DNA of 59,226 nucleotides from a virus (Duplodnaviria; Caudoviricetes). The stretch lies in the IMG/VR virus record IMGVR_UViG_3300047457_001195, positions 1 to 59,226 of that record; one strand, written 5' to 3'. The notes under the pieces are model-generated. The model ran no database searches. It was not told the origin of the DNA and worked only from the letters and a program-made list of their open reading frames with translations. The position numbers and the translations under genes are program-made. Below, piece by piece: positions 29,487 through 39,554 of this stretch; position 1 is the stretch's first letter; each line of letters begins with the position of its first letter.

Positions 29487-31855
29487 TATCCCTTAACCCA
29501 TAAAGCCTGAACCCAAGTCTTACTGATACCAGGTTCTATAAACTGAAACCCACCGGATCCTTGATTCACTCTAATATCAGCGTAATCTCCAGTTCCGTTC
29601 AGATATACTAGACAACTTCCATATTGTTGTCCACCTTGACCTATCCAGCTAGAGCCTATATTTTTATATAAGTTTCCATTTTTGTATACCATTAGGCTTA
29701 CATTAGCACTCCAACTGCCGCTCCACTGAATATGGCAAGTAATATCGTACCAGCCACCTAAAGTTGGAGCTAGTCTATTAAATCCGCTAGCCGTATTCCA
29801 ATCAGTTCCGATATTGCCTGTTCCGCTAGTGTTATCGAACGGAACTAAGGTAACTGTATTTGCGGCAACTCCAAAATTTCCATTACTGTTATACATCCAA
29901 ACATCTGTAATATCAGAGGTTCCGCCTCCGCCACCGCCTGCTGCTTCTAATGTAGTTGTTCTATAGGCTAATTCATCTATAGCACTAGAAACAGTTCCAA
30001 CTGTTGGACTGCCAGTCCAATCTGCTGGATTGGTAGGAACATAATTAATGGCACCAGTGATTCCTAGACTGCTAATAACCACTGAATCAGTGAATTGATT
30101 TCTAACGGTCAAAGTTCCTGTGTTGATACTAATAACGAAATTATCATTGGTTCCAGTTATAACATTTGTGCCGGTGAATGCAGTAGCTTGTTCTGTTCCA
30201 TTTGGAAAAACTATATTTCCGCTATTATTAAAGGTCCATGTTTTATTTGGTTCACCTAAAAATATTTTAAACTCGCCGCCAAAGTCGACTCTTACTCTTA
30301 AAGACCCTGTAGAAAGATAAGTGCCGTCGCCGTATTCAATGTCAGAATTGTTAGGGAAGGTAAAACTCTTGTTTAGAGAATCTAATGACCAGGCATTAAG
30401 AAAATCACCAGATTGTATAAGGCCATTTCCGCTTGGAAGTTTAATTGTGTCGCCGATAACTTCGAATGTTAGGGGCAGGTAACTGCCTAGCATATCTATT
30501 TCTGTTGTTATTTTGTAAGAACTTGAAGTAGCATATGGAACATAGACAGAAGCACCGGTGCTGGTCGTTCCATCTGGGAATTTTACAATACCACTAGAAG
30601 ATGTTGTCACTTCCTTTGTAGCAGGATTATAATATAATAGAGAAGTTGTTGTGTTACCTGATGTATCTGCTCGTATAGGATCTATAAACAAACCAGCGGA
30701 AGAACCATCTAATGCAGAACCACTGGCATTGATAACAATGCTATTCGCAGGCTGATTACTGGCTCCTGCAAAATTTCCTATGGCTACAGCATATTGGCCT
30801 TGGTATGAAGAGCCTGCTAAAGATCCTACGGCTACAGCACGTTGTCCCTGACTATAAGCGCCTGCTAAATTACCTATGGCTACAGTTTGTAATCCTTGAT
30901 CTTGGTATCCTGCATTATTTCCTACAGCTACAGATGATGTGCTCTGATTAGTATATCCGGAACCTACCCCTACAGATACAGCATAAGATCCTTGATTAGT
31001 AGTTCCAGCATTTAATCCTAAAGCAACAGAACCTGTACCTTGAGTAATTCTTCCTGCTCTAAATCCTATGGCTATTGCTGCCGCGGATTGAGTGTTTTCT
31101 CCTGCATTATTTCCTACAGCTATACTATTACCACTTTGATTGATTAAGCCAGCACCCGACCCTAAACTAAATGAGCCTAAACTGTTGTCCTTGAATACTA
31201 CATTGTTTGGTAATGTAAGTGCTCCGTTGTTACCGAATACCCAAGTGTTAGGAAAAGGATTATAAGTGTTTATATGAATGTTTCCTTGCCCGCCACTTCC
31301 TGCTGACAGAACTAGAGTAGAGGTATCAACTGCTGCTATTTCATTACCTTGAACATAAATTTGACCGCCTTCAAAATCTGGAAATAAAACATAAGGAGCA
31401 CCGCCGATTATAAGTTCTAATTTAGCAGTTCCATTTACTAGTGTTGATGTAGTAACAGGGGCACCTGTGACCTGACTTCCATTTAATGTTAGATTTCCAT
31501 TACTTACACTTAGGGCTGTTCCGCCTATATAAATTGTCGATGTCCCTACATAAAGGCTGCGCCACTGACTGCTTGTAGATCCTAAGTCATAGGTAAGATT
31601 TGAAGTAGGAAGAACATGTGAACTTATTGTAGCAGTAAGGTATCCTCGTAGTGCGTGATTTCCCCACCCGTAAGCTGAATTCCAATTTGAAATATTATTA
31701 CTAGTTATAGAGCTGGCTGTCCCTGTTGTGTAAACAGGATCTGTCTCTGCTGCCGATGAAGCACGCCACCTTATTCCGTCGTAGGTATATAAGACTCCGT
31801 TAGTTCCGGTATAAATCTGACCTACTGAAGCCGATGATGGAAAATCTAATGCCAT
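29486..31855 (-). CDS. Tail fibre/adhesin with YadA-head-like 16-aa repeats and C-terminal C1q-like domain
   Basis: About 9 repeats of (S/A)(I/V)A(I/V)G..AG...Q. N-terminal MALDFPSS; C-terminal VPFD...GWY...YKNG...LVYLNGT.DY. Confidence 0.75.
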   Translation of the reverse strand: MALDFPSSASVGQIYTGTNGVLYTYDGIRWRASSAAETDPVYTTGTASSITSNNISNWNSAYGWGNHALRGYLTATISSHVLPTSNLTYDLGSTSSQWRSLYVGTSTIYIGGTALSVSNGNLTLNGSQVTGAPVTTSTLVNGTAKLELIIGGAPYVLFPDFEGGQIYVQGNEIAAVDTSTLVLSAGSGGQGNIHINTYNPFPNTWVFGNNGALTLPNNVVFKDNSLGSFSLGSGAGLINQSGNSIAVGNNAGENTQSAAAIAIGFRAGRITQGTGSVALGLNAGTTNQGSYAVSVGVGSGYTNQSTSSVAVGNNAGYQDQGLQTVAIGNLAGAYSQGQRAVAVGSLAGSSYQGQYAVAIGNFAGASNQPANSIVINASGSALDGSSAGLFIDPIRADTSGNTTTSLLYYNPATKEVTTSSSGIVKFPDGTTSTGASVYVPYATSSSYKITTEIDMLGSYLPLTFEVIGDTIKLPSGNGLIQSGDFLNAWSLDSLNKSFTFPNNSDIEYGDGTYLSTGSLRVRVDFGGEFKIFLGEPNKTWTFNNSGNIVFPNGTEQATAFTGTNVITGTNDNFVISINTGTLTVRNQFTDSVVISSLGITGAINYVPTNPADWTGSPTVGTVSSAIDELAYRTTTLEAAGGGGGGTSDITDVWMYNSNGNFGVAANTVTLVPFDNTSGTGNIGTDWNTASGFNRLAPTLGGWYDITCHIQWSGSWSANVSLMVYKNGNLYKNIGSSWIGQGGQQYGSCLVYLNGTGDYADIRVNQGSGGFQFIEPGISKTWVQALWVKG

Positions 31856-31878
31856 TATATTATCCTAATTATCTATAT

Positions 31879-33336
31879 TTATGGTACAATTAAATAGGGA
31901 ACGTGTTCCGATCGCAATGCTTGTGTATTACTTCCACCAAATGGGTTAGCAGATTGTATTCTTTGTAGATTATAGGTTGGAACAGTAAATGCACCTGTAT
32001 AAACTCCGATGCCCTTAACTATGCGTAGGTTCGTAATGTATCCTCCAAATGCCCCTGAATCCAATGAAGTCGGTCCCTGTTTACCTATCGTAAAAGTAGA
32101 GCTAGTATCAGTTAAACTAGTAGTAAATGCAACTCCTGCACCATTTAGTAGTGAACCATTCCTGAATATATAGACCTGCCCTAACCTTCTAACAATAGCC
32201 CAATGGGTCCATAATTTATAATAGCTAGACTTGGCTACTGTTGCAAGAGTTGTAGTAGTAGCACCATTATGTAACAATATATCAGCATTTAATCCAGATA
32301 TAGAAAAGCTAATACCTAAGGTTGGGTTAGAAGTAGTTCCATACCACCACGGGCTACTAGATTGATTATTGTCTGATGAATATGCGAACCATTCTATAAC
32401 GAAATCGTTGGTTCCAAAAGACATTCCGCTGTCTCCGGGAAAGGATGCCGAACTGCTACTAGCTCCATTTAACAGTATACTTCCTGATTGGTTCCCTGTA
32501 AAAGGACTAGACGAGCTTAGCCTGCACCCCGACAATGTTATAGCGTCATTAAACGCTGTTGACTTTGTTTGAGTTACTGTTCCAGCTTTAGGAGTAACTA
32601 TAGATGTTGCACTTGCATCATAGAGAATTTGCCCTGTTGGGCTGGTCATCAGTAGCTTAGAATTCGCTGTAGTTGATAATGGATATTTAGGTATTTGAAT
32701 GACAGCATCGTTTAAGTTATAAAGTGTAGAACCGATGGTTACACTGAGATTATATAGCTTACCAATTAAATTATTTGTAACACCCACGCCTAAGGCGTTC
32801 CTCCAGGTTCCTATTAAAGTAGGAGGAACATTATAATTATTAAGGTTTTCAAACAGGTTTTCTGGACTGCGATATCCGTTGATCCATGCAGCAAGTTGTC
32901 CTACGCCATTTCTACATATGGCTATGTGATACCAGGTATAGGCTTGCCAAACTTGTCCGGGAATAGCTTGAGATGGTATTGTTATTCGGTTATTAGTGAT
33001 AAGATAATTATTAATATAAATTGCATCCTGAACATGTAAAATAGCAAGACCGCCTAGCAAAGACCCACTGCCTATAATTGCTTGACCATTTACATGAACG
33101 ATATCATCAATCCACTGAACATTACTAAATCTTACCCAATATTCTATTGTAAATGGCTGGGTTCCAATTGCAGGTAGGTTAGCCACATTAAGGCTTGACA
33201 TCTTAGCTGTATCGCCAACAACCAAAAGTTCTCCTGCTGTTTCCCCAAATACTAGACTATTTGAATTAACAATTTTACCTCTAAAGCCGACAATGGGTTC
33301 TGACTGTGTCAGAACCATTTGTGTAATACCGGTCAT
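31879..33336 (-). CDS. Tandem LamG-like domain protein
   Basis: Two FTIE.W / W.H.AI.R / G.I.NL units. Confidence 0.75.
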   Translation of the reverse strand: MTGITQMVLTQSEPIVGFRGKIVNSNSLVFGETAGELLVVGDTAKMSSLNVANLPAIGTQPFTIEYWVRFSNVQWIDDIVHVNGQAIIGSGSLLGGLAILHVQDAIYINNYLITNNRITIPSQAIPGQVWQAYTWYHIAICRNGVGQLAAWINGYRSPENLFENLNNYNVPPTLIGTWRNALGVGVTNNLIGKLYNLSVTIGSTLYNLNDAVIQIPKYPLSTTANSKLLMTSPTGQILYDASATSIVTPKAGTVTQTKSTAFNDAITLSGCRLSSSSPFTGNQSGSILLNGASSSSASFPGDSGMSFGTNDFVIEWFAYSSDNNQSSSPWWYGTTSNPTLGISFSISGLNADILLHNGATTTTLATVAKSSYYKLWTHWAIVRRLGQVYIFRNGSLLNGAGVAFTTSLTDTSSTFTIGKQGPTSLDSGAFGGYITNLRIVKGIGVYTGAFTVPTYNLQRIQSANPFGGSNTQALRSEHVPYLIVP

Positions 33337-35256
33337 TTAGATCAATCCAGTTCCGTTAACAAACCAAACATTATTTTCAACTTTCATTATAGTTGCCATT
33401 CCATTTGATGTTAACGATCTCGGGCCTGTATCAGAAGTTCCTGCTAGAAGCAAGGTCACACCCCCTGCGGGAGAAATATTAATAGTTCCATTTCCTCGTA
33501 GAATTATACTTATAGCAGATCCTATAGGAAATGGCACAGTTAAACTGTTAGGAATAGTTACAGTTTGTATTCCACTGGCTACAGTGCTGTAGATATGTTT
33601 ACCTTGATCACTTAATGATAATGTGTAATCAGTGCTAGTGCTTATTTGAGGAACTACTAGATATCCTACCTGTAGCTGATTTTCATTATTTTGTGGAACA
33701 CTACCAGTTACAGTTCCACCGGTTACATTAGTTGCATTTGTAGCAGATCCGGCAAAAGCGGATGATAAAGAGGAAACAGCAAAATTAACTAGAGTTTGGG
33801 TGCCTAAAAATGCAGTCGTTTGTATACTACCGTCGCTAAATGCCAATGAAGACGATGTGCTCACTAACTCAATTGATCCTAATCTAAAAGCACCATAAGT
33901 TCCTGTGAAAATCCCATTAGTTTCTATACCGTTGTTAAACCATTCTAAATTCTTCGATGCATTGTCTAAAACCAAAGCCGCTGTTTTATCTGATCCTGAG
34001 TCGTAATAGTGCAGTCGGAATCCTACATCTAATCCGTCATTAAAGGCCCATTGAGCATCTACTCCACCTGGTGGAACATGAACTGAGATCAAATTATCTG
34101 TAAAATAAGTATTTGTGCTAGCCACATAGGTAACAGTGGTCTGAAAGGTAACCGGACCGTTAAACAGACTCGATCCGTTGACCTGTAGCCCACTAAATGT
34201 CACAGAGCTTGTTGTATCTAACGCTTGATTAGCACCAGGACCTTGCGGTCCTTGAGGGCCTGTAACCCCTTGTGGGCCTCTATCACCGCTGGTTATTATA
34301 GAAATTACGCCCTGCATGTTTCCGTAATTTTGCGAAACATAGTATAAAGTAGACGGTGAAGAAGTTGGAACTGTAAAAGTTACAGTCCCCGTAGCTGTTC
34401 CATTGTTAGTAACTCCGTTACTGTATCCAAAACCTACACCTGTAGCAGGGGTTGTCTTAATCCAAAATGGCGTTCCGGGGGCATTAACATTAAAATAATA
34501 AGTATAACCTCGTATTAATGTTAATGCAGGATCGTCTGAACCATCAATGTTAAAAGAAGCAACACCCGTAGCAGTAACAGTAAAATTCAAACCTCCTAAT
34601 AAACCTTGAACTCCACTAGGTCCTGAAGGTCCTGAAGGTCCACTTGGACCAGTTAAGGGTTGACCATTCGCTGTTAGTTGTCCATCTTGGTATGTTATAG
34701 TTGCCGAAGTTAATTGAATGTAATTGCTTATATGAAGTGCCCGAAAAGCTTGCCCATTTGTGCCTATATTATAACTTGCATCTGAATCAGGTAGGATATC
34801 TGAATTTACGTTTAACAGGTTACCGCTACCTCCGCTACCTCCGGAACCGGTTCCAGCATCAACCCAATAATTATCATAATAGATAAAAAGTTTTCCTAAT
34901 GTTGTATCAAACCATGTGGTTCCTGTTGAAGCATCTATAGGAGGACTAAGACCAACATGAGTGGTTCCGATTGGAATACCGTTGTAGGTTAAATTCCCCA
35001 CAGTATTAACAGCAATTAACCTATTATCTAAATAAATGGCATTATCAATATAGGCATTATTCCACTGTCGTGCTATGTTTCCGAGATTGTAAGTTTGGTG
35101 TAAGGCGGGAATAATATTATAATATTGTGTGCTTGTTCCTACAGTTGTAGTAGACAATTCTCCAAAATTATTGTTAACTTTAACAAATGCGGCACGAATG
35201 CTATCTCCATCTCCGGAGTTAGCGCCAGATCCTGTGTTTATATATTGAATAGCCAT
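33337..35256 (-). CDS. Tail fibre/baseplate-associated protein with short collagen and degenerate cupredoxin-like module
   Basis: INTGSGANSGDGDSIRAAFVKVNNNF (T4 gp9/gp10-like N-terminus); GPS/GPQ triplets; LTLIRGYTY.F module; C-terminal VPFPIGSAI domain. Confidence 0.75.
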   Translation of the reverse strand: MAIQYINTGSGANSGDGDSIRAAFVKVNNNFGELSTTTVGTSTQYYNIIPALHQTYNLGNIARQWNNAYIDNAIYLDNRLIAVNTVGNLTYNGIPIGTTHVGLSPPIDASTGTTWFDTTLGKLFIYYDNYWVDAGTGSGGSGGSGNLLNVNSDILPDSDASYNIGTNGQAFRALHISNYIQLTSATITYQDGQLTANGQPLTGPSGPSGPSGPSGVQGLLGGLNFTVTATGVASFNIDGSDDPALTLIRGYTYYFNVNAPGTPFWIKTTPATGVGFGYSNGVTNNGTATGTVTFTVPTSSPSTLYYVSQNYGNMQGVISIITSGDRGPQGVTGPQGPQGPGANQALDTTSSVTFSGLQVNGSSLFNGPVTFQTTVTYVASTNTYFTDNLISVHVPPGGVDAQWAFNDGLDVGFRLHYYDSGSDKTAALVLDNASKNLEWFNNGIETNGIFTGTYGAFRLGSIELVSTSSSLAFSDGSIQTTAFLGTQTLVNFAVSSLSSAFAGSATNATNVTGGTVTGSVPQNNENQLQVGYLVVPQISTSTDYTLSLSDQGKHIYSTVASGIQTVTIPNSLTVPFPIGSAISIILRGNGTINISPAGGVTLLLAGTSDTGPRSLTSNGMATIMKVENNVWFVNGTGLI

Positions 35257-35284
35257 ATGAATTCAAATTCCCGGATAATTTGCT

Positions 35285-35291
35285 TATTTAG
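35285..35291 (-). promoter_or_regulatory. Putative late promoter (CTAAATA) for the leftward tail operon
   Basis: TAAATA core about 28 nt upstream of ATG 35256 in the divergent gap. Confidence 0.4.
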
Positions 35292-35321
35292 TTGCTCTTT
35301 ATGGTATTCTTGTGCTATACT
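35292..35321 (+). promoter_or_regulatory. Putative sigma70-type promoter upstream of HNH gene
   Basis: TTGCTC-18 nt-TATACT with extended -10 (TGc). Confidence 0.45.
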
Positions 35322-35343
35322 CTAAGTTGTTGTTAAACCCCTA

Positions 35344-35351
35344 TATAAATA
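35344..35351 (+). promoter_or_regulatory. Putative late promoter TATAAATA
   Basis: Exact consensus 6 nt before the HNH ATG. Confidence 0.55.
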
Positions 35352-35357
35352 TGTAAA

Positions 35358-35867
35358 ATGACTTGTTTAATCTTAAATGCAGATGCTGCACCTATATCAC
35401 TAGTTCCTTTAAGCACAATAAGCTGGGAAGAGTCTATAAAATACCTAGTTTCTGATAAGGCAACCGTATTAGAATGGTATGACAATTGGGTTGTCCGTAG
35501 TCCTACTTGGTCTACGCAGGTCCCTGCTGTTATGATTCTTAAAGAATACCAAAAAAAGAAGTCTAGTGTGCGCTATAGTAAGCACAATGTATTCTTGCGA
35601 GATCAGTATCGTTGCCAATATTGCGGCGTTGATGTTAATAAACGAACTGCTACATTAGATCATATATTACCGATTAGTCACGGTGGTAAAACACAATGGG
35701 AAAATACCTGCTGTAGTTGCGGAACATGCAACAGCAAAAAAGGAAATGATCGTAAGATTAAACCTAAAATGAAACCTTACAAACCAAGCTACTACGAGCT
35801 AGCCGAAAAACGTCGGGCTATGCATTGGGATTTCCTACATCCAAGCTGGAAAGATTACATAGGTTAA
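35358..35867 (+). CDS. HNH endonuclease (McrA-like)
   Basis: RDQYRCQYCG, TLDHILP.S.GG...WEN, C..CN..K. Confidence 0.9.
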   Translation: MTCLILNADAAPISLVPLSTISWEESIKYLVSDKATVLEWYDNWVVRSPTWSTQVPAVMILKEYQKKKSSVRYSKHNVFLRDQYRCQYCGVDVNKRTATLDHILPISHGGKTQWENTCCSCGTCNSKKGNDRKIKPKMKPYKPSYYELAEKRRAMHWDFLHPSWKDYIG

Positions 35868-35888
35868 AAGGGCCCTAAGGGCCCTTTT
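35866..35888. terminator. Bidirectional intrinsic terminator between convergent HNH and infA
   Basis: AAAAGGGCCC-TAA-GGGCCCTTTT perfect inverted repeat giving a U-tract on each strand. Confidence 0.85.
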
Positions 35889-36106
35889 TATTTGTCTCTA
35901 TAAACTATACGCCCACGAGTTAGATCATAAGGGCTCATTTCTATTTTTACTCTATCACCGGTTAGAATTTGTATTTTGTTCTGGCGCATCTTACCGCTAA
36001 TATGTCCAAGGACCACAGGTCCTTGTTGTAATTTTACCCTAAACATTGCGTTGGGCAACACTTCTTGGACTTCTCCGTCCATACTGATTACATCATCTTT
36101 TGACAC
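35888..36106 (-). CDS. infA: Translation initiation factor IF-1
   Basis: 72 aa; [18 protein letters not shown]...GHISGKMR...[19 protein letters not shown]; GTG start. Confidence 0.97.
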   Translation of the reverse strand: MSKDDVISMDGEVQEVLPNAMFRVKLQQGPVVLGHISGKMRQNKIQILTGDRVKIEMSPYDLTRGRIVYRDK

Positions 36107-36349
36107 TTAAGTTTCTTCTCCTTTTAATCCTTTTAATACAAGTTCTTTAGCCCGCTTATCTAACAATCTCTTTTCTTCTTCCATTAATTTAGCAGTCCAA
36201 GTCTGCAGAATTTCTAATACAGCCTGATTACCTTCATCAGTAAAATAGCAGTATTTTTCACCAAATTCGCTGTAGTTGTAGAACCTACGGTCCTTGGCTA
36301 ATTCTGCAATACTGCCGTATAAAATATTCTTTAATGCCGCTTTGTCCAA
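36107..36349 (-). CDS. Hypothetical protein
   Basis: Start moved to TTG at 36349, just after the ligase stop (MDKAALKNILYG...). Confidence 0.6.
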   Translation of the reverse strand: MDKAALKNILYGSIAELAKDRRFYNYSEFGEKYCYFTDEGNQAVLEILQTWTAKLMEEEKRLLDKRAKELVLKGLKGEET

Positions 36350-36350
36350 T

Positions 36351-37670
36351 TTACATTTTTTCCCCTGCTGTAAATCCGCGGAACCGTAGGAAACGTGGAA
36401 ACCTAAGCGAGTAAGAACCATCTTGATTTTGAGTAATAGCATCTGCCCTAACCTCTACTACTTGACCAGGTAGCGTATCACGCCCTGTCCAAAATGTATC
36501 ACGGTCAGAGTCACTAAAACCCGAACCACAGTTAACTCGGATTGCCTTGTCGTCATCCACACCTTCCAAGACCAATGCACCAAGTCGGCCCACATTCCTC
36601 CCTGTGCCCTCTTCAACCTCGATAACTTGAAGTGATACTTCGATGAAAGGTTTCTGTTTAAGCCACGAAGTTGATCTCTTACATTCATATTTGGCATCCG
36701 GATCCTTGATCATAATACCTTCGAAACCCTGTTCGATGGCATCTTTGTTAAATTGTTTAAATTGTAACTCACCTACATAACTGTCTAGGTCAATTTCTTC
36801 CTGCGGAATGATATCAATGTTTCCAATTTTGTCAAAGATCTTACGCATTCCTTTGAGCAGATTGGTTCTACGACGCTGTCCTAGAACACTGCGTCCTGCT
36901 TGAAATTCACTGAGTGGCAGTATATCAAACAGCATTAGCCTAGCATCATTGGCTTGCACGTTATCTTTACGATGAACCTGCTTCATCAATGCTTGAAAAC
37001 TTGAACTGACTATTTCACCATCAAGAACCATAGGTCGCTCGATGAGATCGATATTGGCCAAGATGCTGTCAGTGATATGACTAAAGTTCTCAAGAATTTT
37101 ACCATTTCTGCTATATTGTGTTACAGTGCGATTAGGTGGATCTACTATGGTAATTACCCTAACACCATCTAATTTTGGTTCTAGCAGTTTCTTACCTGTG
37201 ATTTTCTTTTCATGATTAGCTCCATCGTGTGCTAACATACATTCGAATACTGGCACAGGTTGAATATTATTGAAACGACCTTTAAGGACCTTATTCACAG
37301 TTTTTTCACTGACTCCGCAACGTAGGTCCTTAATAAGGATACGACGATACCAATTATTCCACTGGCTTTGCTTGCTGGCAGTTAAGGCTAACTCAATGGC
37401 ATCTCTAGCATCATGCCCAGTTAATTGGCGTGTGCTGAGTAATTTCAGCAATTCTTCAAATGCAGCCCAGGGAAGACCTTGTCCATCTGGACCGCTATGG
37501 CTAGGAATCTTTTTGACACCGAAAGTAGAATACGGGCTAAGGGCCCAACGAATTCCATTAAACAATTCCTGATGGTCTTGCTCTGCTTGATGTTCTAATA
37601 TTGCTTCTTTGTTTAATCGGCTTGGATGTGTTTCCAAAGCGCTGATTACACTTTCACAAGGATCTTTCAT
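36351..37670 (-). CDS. ATP-dependent DNA ligase
   Basis: Motifs EPKLDGVR (adenylation Lys), LDGEI, FDIL, EGIMIK, WLKQKP, RFPRF. Start moved to 37670 because the longer ORF overlaps a consensus promoter. Confidence 0.93.
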   Translation of the reverse strand: MKDPCESVISALETHPSRLNKEAILEHQAEQDHQELFNGIRWALSPYSTFGVKKIPSHSGPDGQGLPWAAFEELLKLLSTRQLTGHDARDAIELALTASKQSQWNNWYRRILIKDLRCGVSEKTVNKVLKGRFNNIQPVPVFECMLAHDGANHEKKITGKKLLEPKLDGVRVITIVDPPNRTVTQYSRNGKILENFSHITDSILANIDLIERPMVLDGEIVSSSFQALMKQVHRKDNVQANDARLMLFDILPLSEFQAGRSVLGQRRRTNLLKGMRKIFDKIGNIDIIPQEEIDLDSYVGELQFKQFNKDAIEQGFEGIMIKDPDAKYECKRSTSWLKQKPFIEVSLQVIEVEEGTGRNVGRLGALVLEGVDDDKAIRVNCGSGFSDSDRDTFWTGRDTLPGQVVEVRADAITQNQDGSYSLRFPRFLRFRGFTAGEKM

Positions 37671-37703
37671 AGAATTTGATATCGTGTTGTTAATGATATC
37701 ATT

Positions 37704-37732
37704 ATTATATGGTAGATTAGGTGATTTGTCAA
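37704..37732 (-). promoter_or_regulatory. Consensus sigma70 promoter for ligase-hypothetical-infA
   Basis: TTGACA-aatcacctaatctacca (17 nt)-TATAAT. Confidence 0.9.
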
Positions 37733-37739
37733 GCATTAG

Positions 37740-38057
37740 CTAAATTGTGAAACTTTCGCCACATCCGCAACGTCCTGTTTCATTTGGATTTATGAATTCA
37801 AATCCTTCATTCAAACCGCGTCTTTGAAAATCAATAGTAATGCCAGCCAGATAAGGTTGGTGTTTTGGATCAATAAAAATCATCACATCATTATGATGAT
37901 ATAGGGCTAGTGTTTCATCTAAGATGTCAACATATTCCAAAACGTAGGCAAGTCCGGAGCAACCTGTAGTTTTAACACCAATCTTAATGCCAAGACCTTT
38001 ACCTCGTTTAGCTATCAACTCTTTAATTTTATCAGCAGCTTCTATTGTGGTTTTCAT
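37740..38057 (-). CDS. iscA: A-type Fe-S carrier IscA
   Basis: GVKTTGCSGLAY, GLNEGFEFINPN, CGCGESF. Confidence 0.9.
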   Translation of the reverse strand: MKTTIEAADKIKELIAKRGKGLGIKIGVKTTGCSGLAYVLEYVDILDETLALYHHNDVMIFIDPKHQPYLAGITIDFQRRGLNEGFEFINPNETGRCGCGESFTI

Positions 38058-38677
38058 AGAATAAACAATTCCGACTCTTCTGACCCGAGTCTTCCTCTAA
38101 CAAAATAATTAAAGGCCACACAATATCTTTCAATAGAACTTTCGTTATAGTTAACTGCATGTGAAATATGCGATGGAAAGATAACAATTTGATTATTCTT
38201 TGGCTTTACGTATTCTCTAGTGTTAGTATACATTGTGGTCTTATCTGACGGGATCTGTAATTGTGGATAATGTGTGGTGCTATTTCTATTTACAAAAATT
38301 AAATCACCAGACTCATCATCTACATTAAGATAAACAATACCACTTATTATAGAATTAACATGATAATGGCTATTTGCATGATCTTTGTGTCTGTGTTTCA
38401 TTGCCCAGGACGATGTCATGTAAAACTCTACATCGTCTTTAGGGTTAAAAACTTCTTTCACAAACTTATTCACATGCGCATCAATTATATCTCTCAACCC
38501 TGTTAAATTTTCATCGTTTAGTAATTGCCTATTTTTTGAAATATAACCGTTTTCGCTATTCGCCAAATGGTAATCTGTAGAAAAAACGTAGTGTTTCTCT
38601 TCGTTAGAAATTTCTAAATCAAATGCTGTATACAACGGGACAGGAAACATGGGAATCATTAAAAAATTATTATCCAT
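38054..38677 (-). CDS. Putative 2OG-Fe(II) oxygenase (TIGR02466-like)
   Basis: SW...H.H.NS..SG..YL, IFPS...H.V..N...RY..AFN. Confidence 0.8.
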   Translation of the reverse strand: MDNNFLMIPMFPVPLYTAFDLEISNEEKHYVFSTDYHLANSENGYISKNRQLLNDENLTGLRDIIDAHVNKFVKEVFNPKDDVEFYMTSSWAMKHRHKDHANSHYHVNSIISGIVYLNVDDESGDLIFVNRNSTTHYPQLQIPSDKTTMYTNTREYVKPKNNQIVIFPSHISHAVNYNESSIERYCVAFNYFVRGRLGSEESELFIL

Positions 38678-39050
38678 TCTGCCTTTTCTTATAATCTGCT
38701 ATTGCTGCTTTGATGGCATCTTCGGCCAAAATTGAGCAGTGGATTTTAACTGGCGGTAGCGCCAACTCTTCTGCAATCGCTGTATTCTTAATTCCACCTG
38801 CCTCATCTAACGTTTTGCCTTTGACCCATTCCGTAACAAGGCTACTGCTCGCAATCGCTGAACCACAGCCATACGTTTTAAACTTAGCATCAGTAATAAC
38901 GCCATCTTCTACCTTTATCTGTAGTTTCATAACATCACCGCAAGCAGGAGCCCCAACCATACCAGTGCCAACGGCAGCATCAGATTTATCAAAACTCCCA
39001 ACATTTCTGGGATTTTCATAGTGATCTAAAACTTTATTTGAATATGCCAT
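38670..39050 (-). CDS. iscU: Fe-S scaffold protein IscU
   Basis: YS.KVLDHYENPRNVG, GAPACGDVM, FKTYGCGSAIASSS, LPPVKIHCSILAEDA. Confidence 0.97.
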   Translation of the reverse strand: MAYSNKVLDHYENPRNVGSFDKSDAAVGTGMVGAPACGDVMKLQIKVEDGVITDAKFKTYGCGSAIASSSLVTEWVKGKTLDEAGGIKNTAIAEELALPPVKIHCSILAEDAIKAAIADYKKRQNG

Positions 39051-39051
39051 A

Positions 39052-39363
39052 TTATTGCCGTATTAAAACTTCTTGTTGAACACCATTTAAAATCATAATC
39101 TGTTTGGTATAGACAACTCCATCTATAATAACTTGATTTGGTTGTAAAGGTTGTTGAATTATCACAGGTTGCTGAACTACTACAGGATCAGGACGAGTAG
39201 CAGCATAAACAACTGCGCCACCAATTAACGCAGGCACAATCCAATGGTGAGCTGGAGGGCTATGCCAATGACGGTGAGCATGGTGTCTATGACCGTGATG
39301 ATGTGGGCTAGCTAATGCTAGACTACTTGCAGTTAGAGTCAGTGCAGCAATAAGAGTTTTCAT
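39052..39363 (-). CDS. His-rich exported/membrane protein
   Basis: Signal peptide MKTLIAALTLTASSLALA, His-rich tract, WIVPALIGGAVVY. Start moved to 39363 (AAAGGAAA upstream). Confidence 0.7.
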   Translation of the reverse strand: MKTLIAALTLTASSLALASPHHHGHRHHAHRHWHSPPAHHWIVPALIGGAVVYAATRPDPVVVQQPVIIQQPLQPNQVIIDGVVYTKQIMILNGVQQEVLIRQ

Positions 39364-39395
39364 AATAGTTTCCTTTACTATATATAACGCCTTAG

Positions 39396-39530
39396 TCATA
39401 CAACGGGTTTACTATCTTGGCGATCTAACCAATCTTTTATTTTAGTCTTAACAAGTTTGGCCCAAAATGGCTCTGGAAAATGCCAGCCTACAAATGCACC
39501 TACAAGAATCCAAAATGCTATATCAAGCAT
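39396..39530 (-). CDS. 44-aa membrane peptide (below ORF-track cutoff)
   Basis: AGGAGG RBS; MLDIAFWILVGAFVGWHFPEPFWAKLVKTKIKDWLDRQDSKPVV. Confidence 0.7.
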   Translation of the reverse strand: MLDIAFWILVGAFVGWHFPEPFWAKLVKTKIKDWLDRQDSKPVV

Positions 39531-39554
39531 ACAGCCTCCTTTGTTTATGACAAA

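Noticed and set aside
35358-35867. HNH as a homing endonuclease in an intron or mobile element
   Set aside because: Free-standing, with its own promoter motifs and terminator; flanking genes are intact and no intron structure or target duplication was seen.
37671-37736. 22-aa N-terminal extension of the ligase in the ORF track
   Set aside because: It overlaps a perfect TTGACA/TATAAT promoter; the start at 37670 is more plausible.
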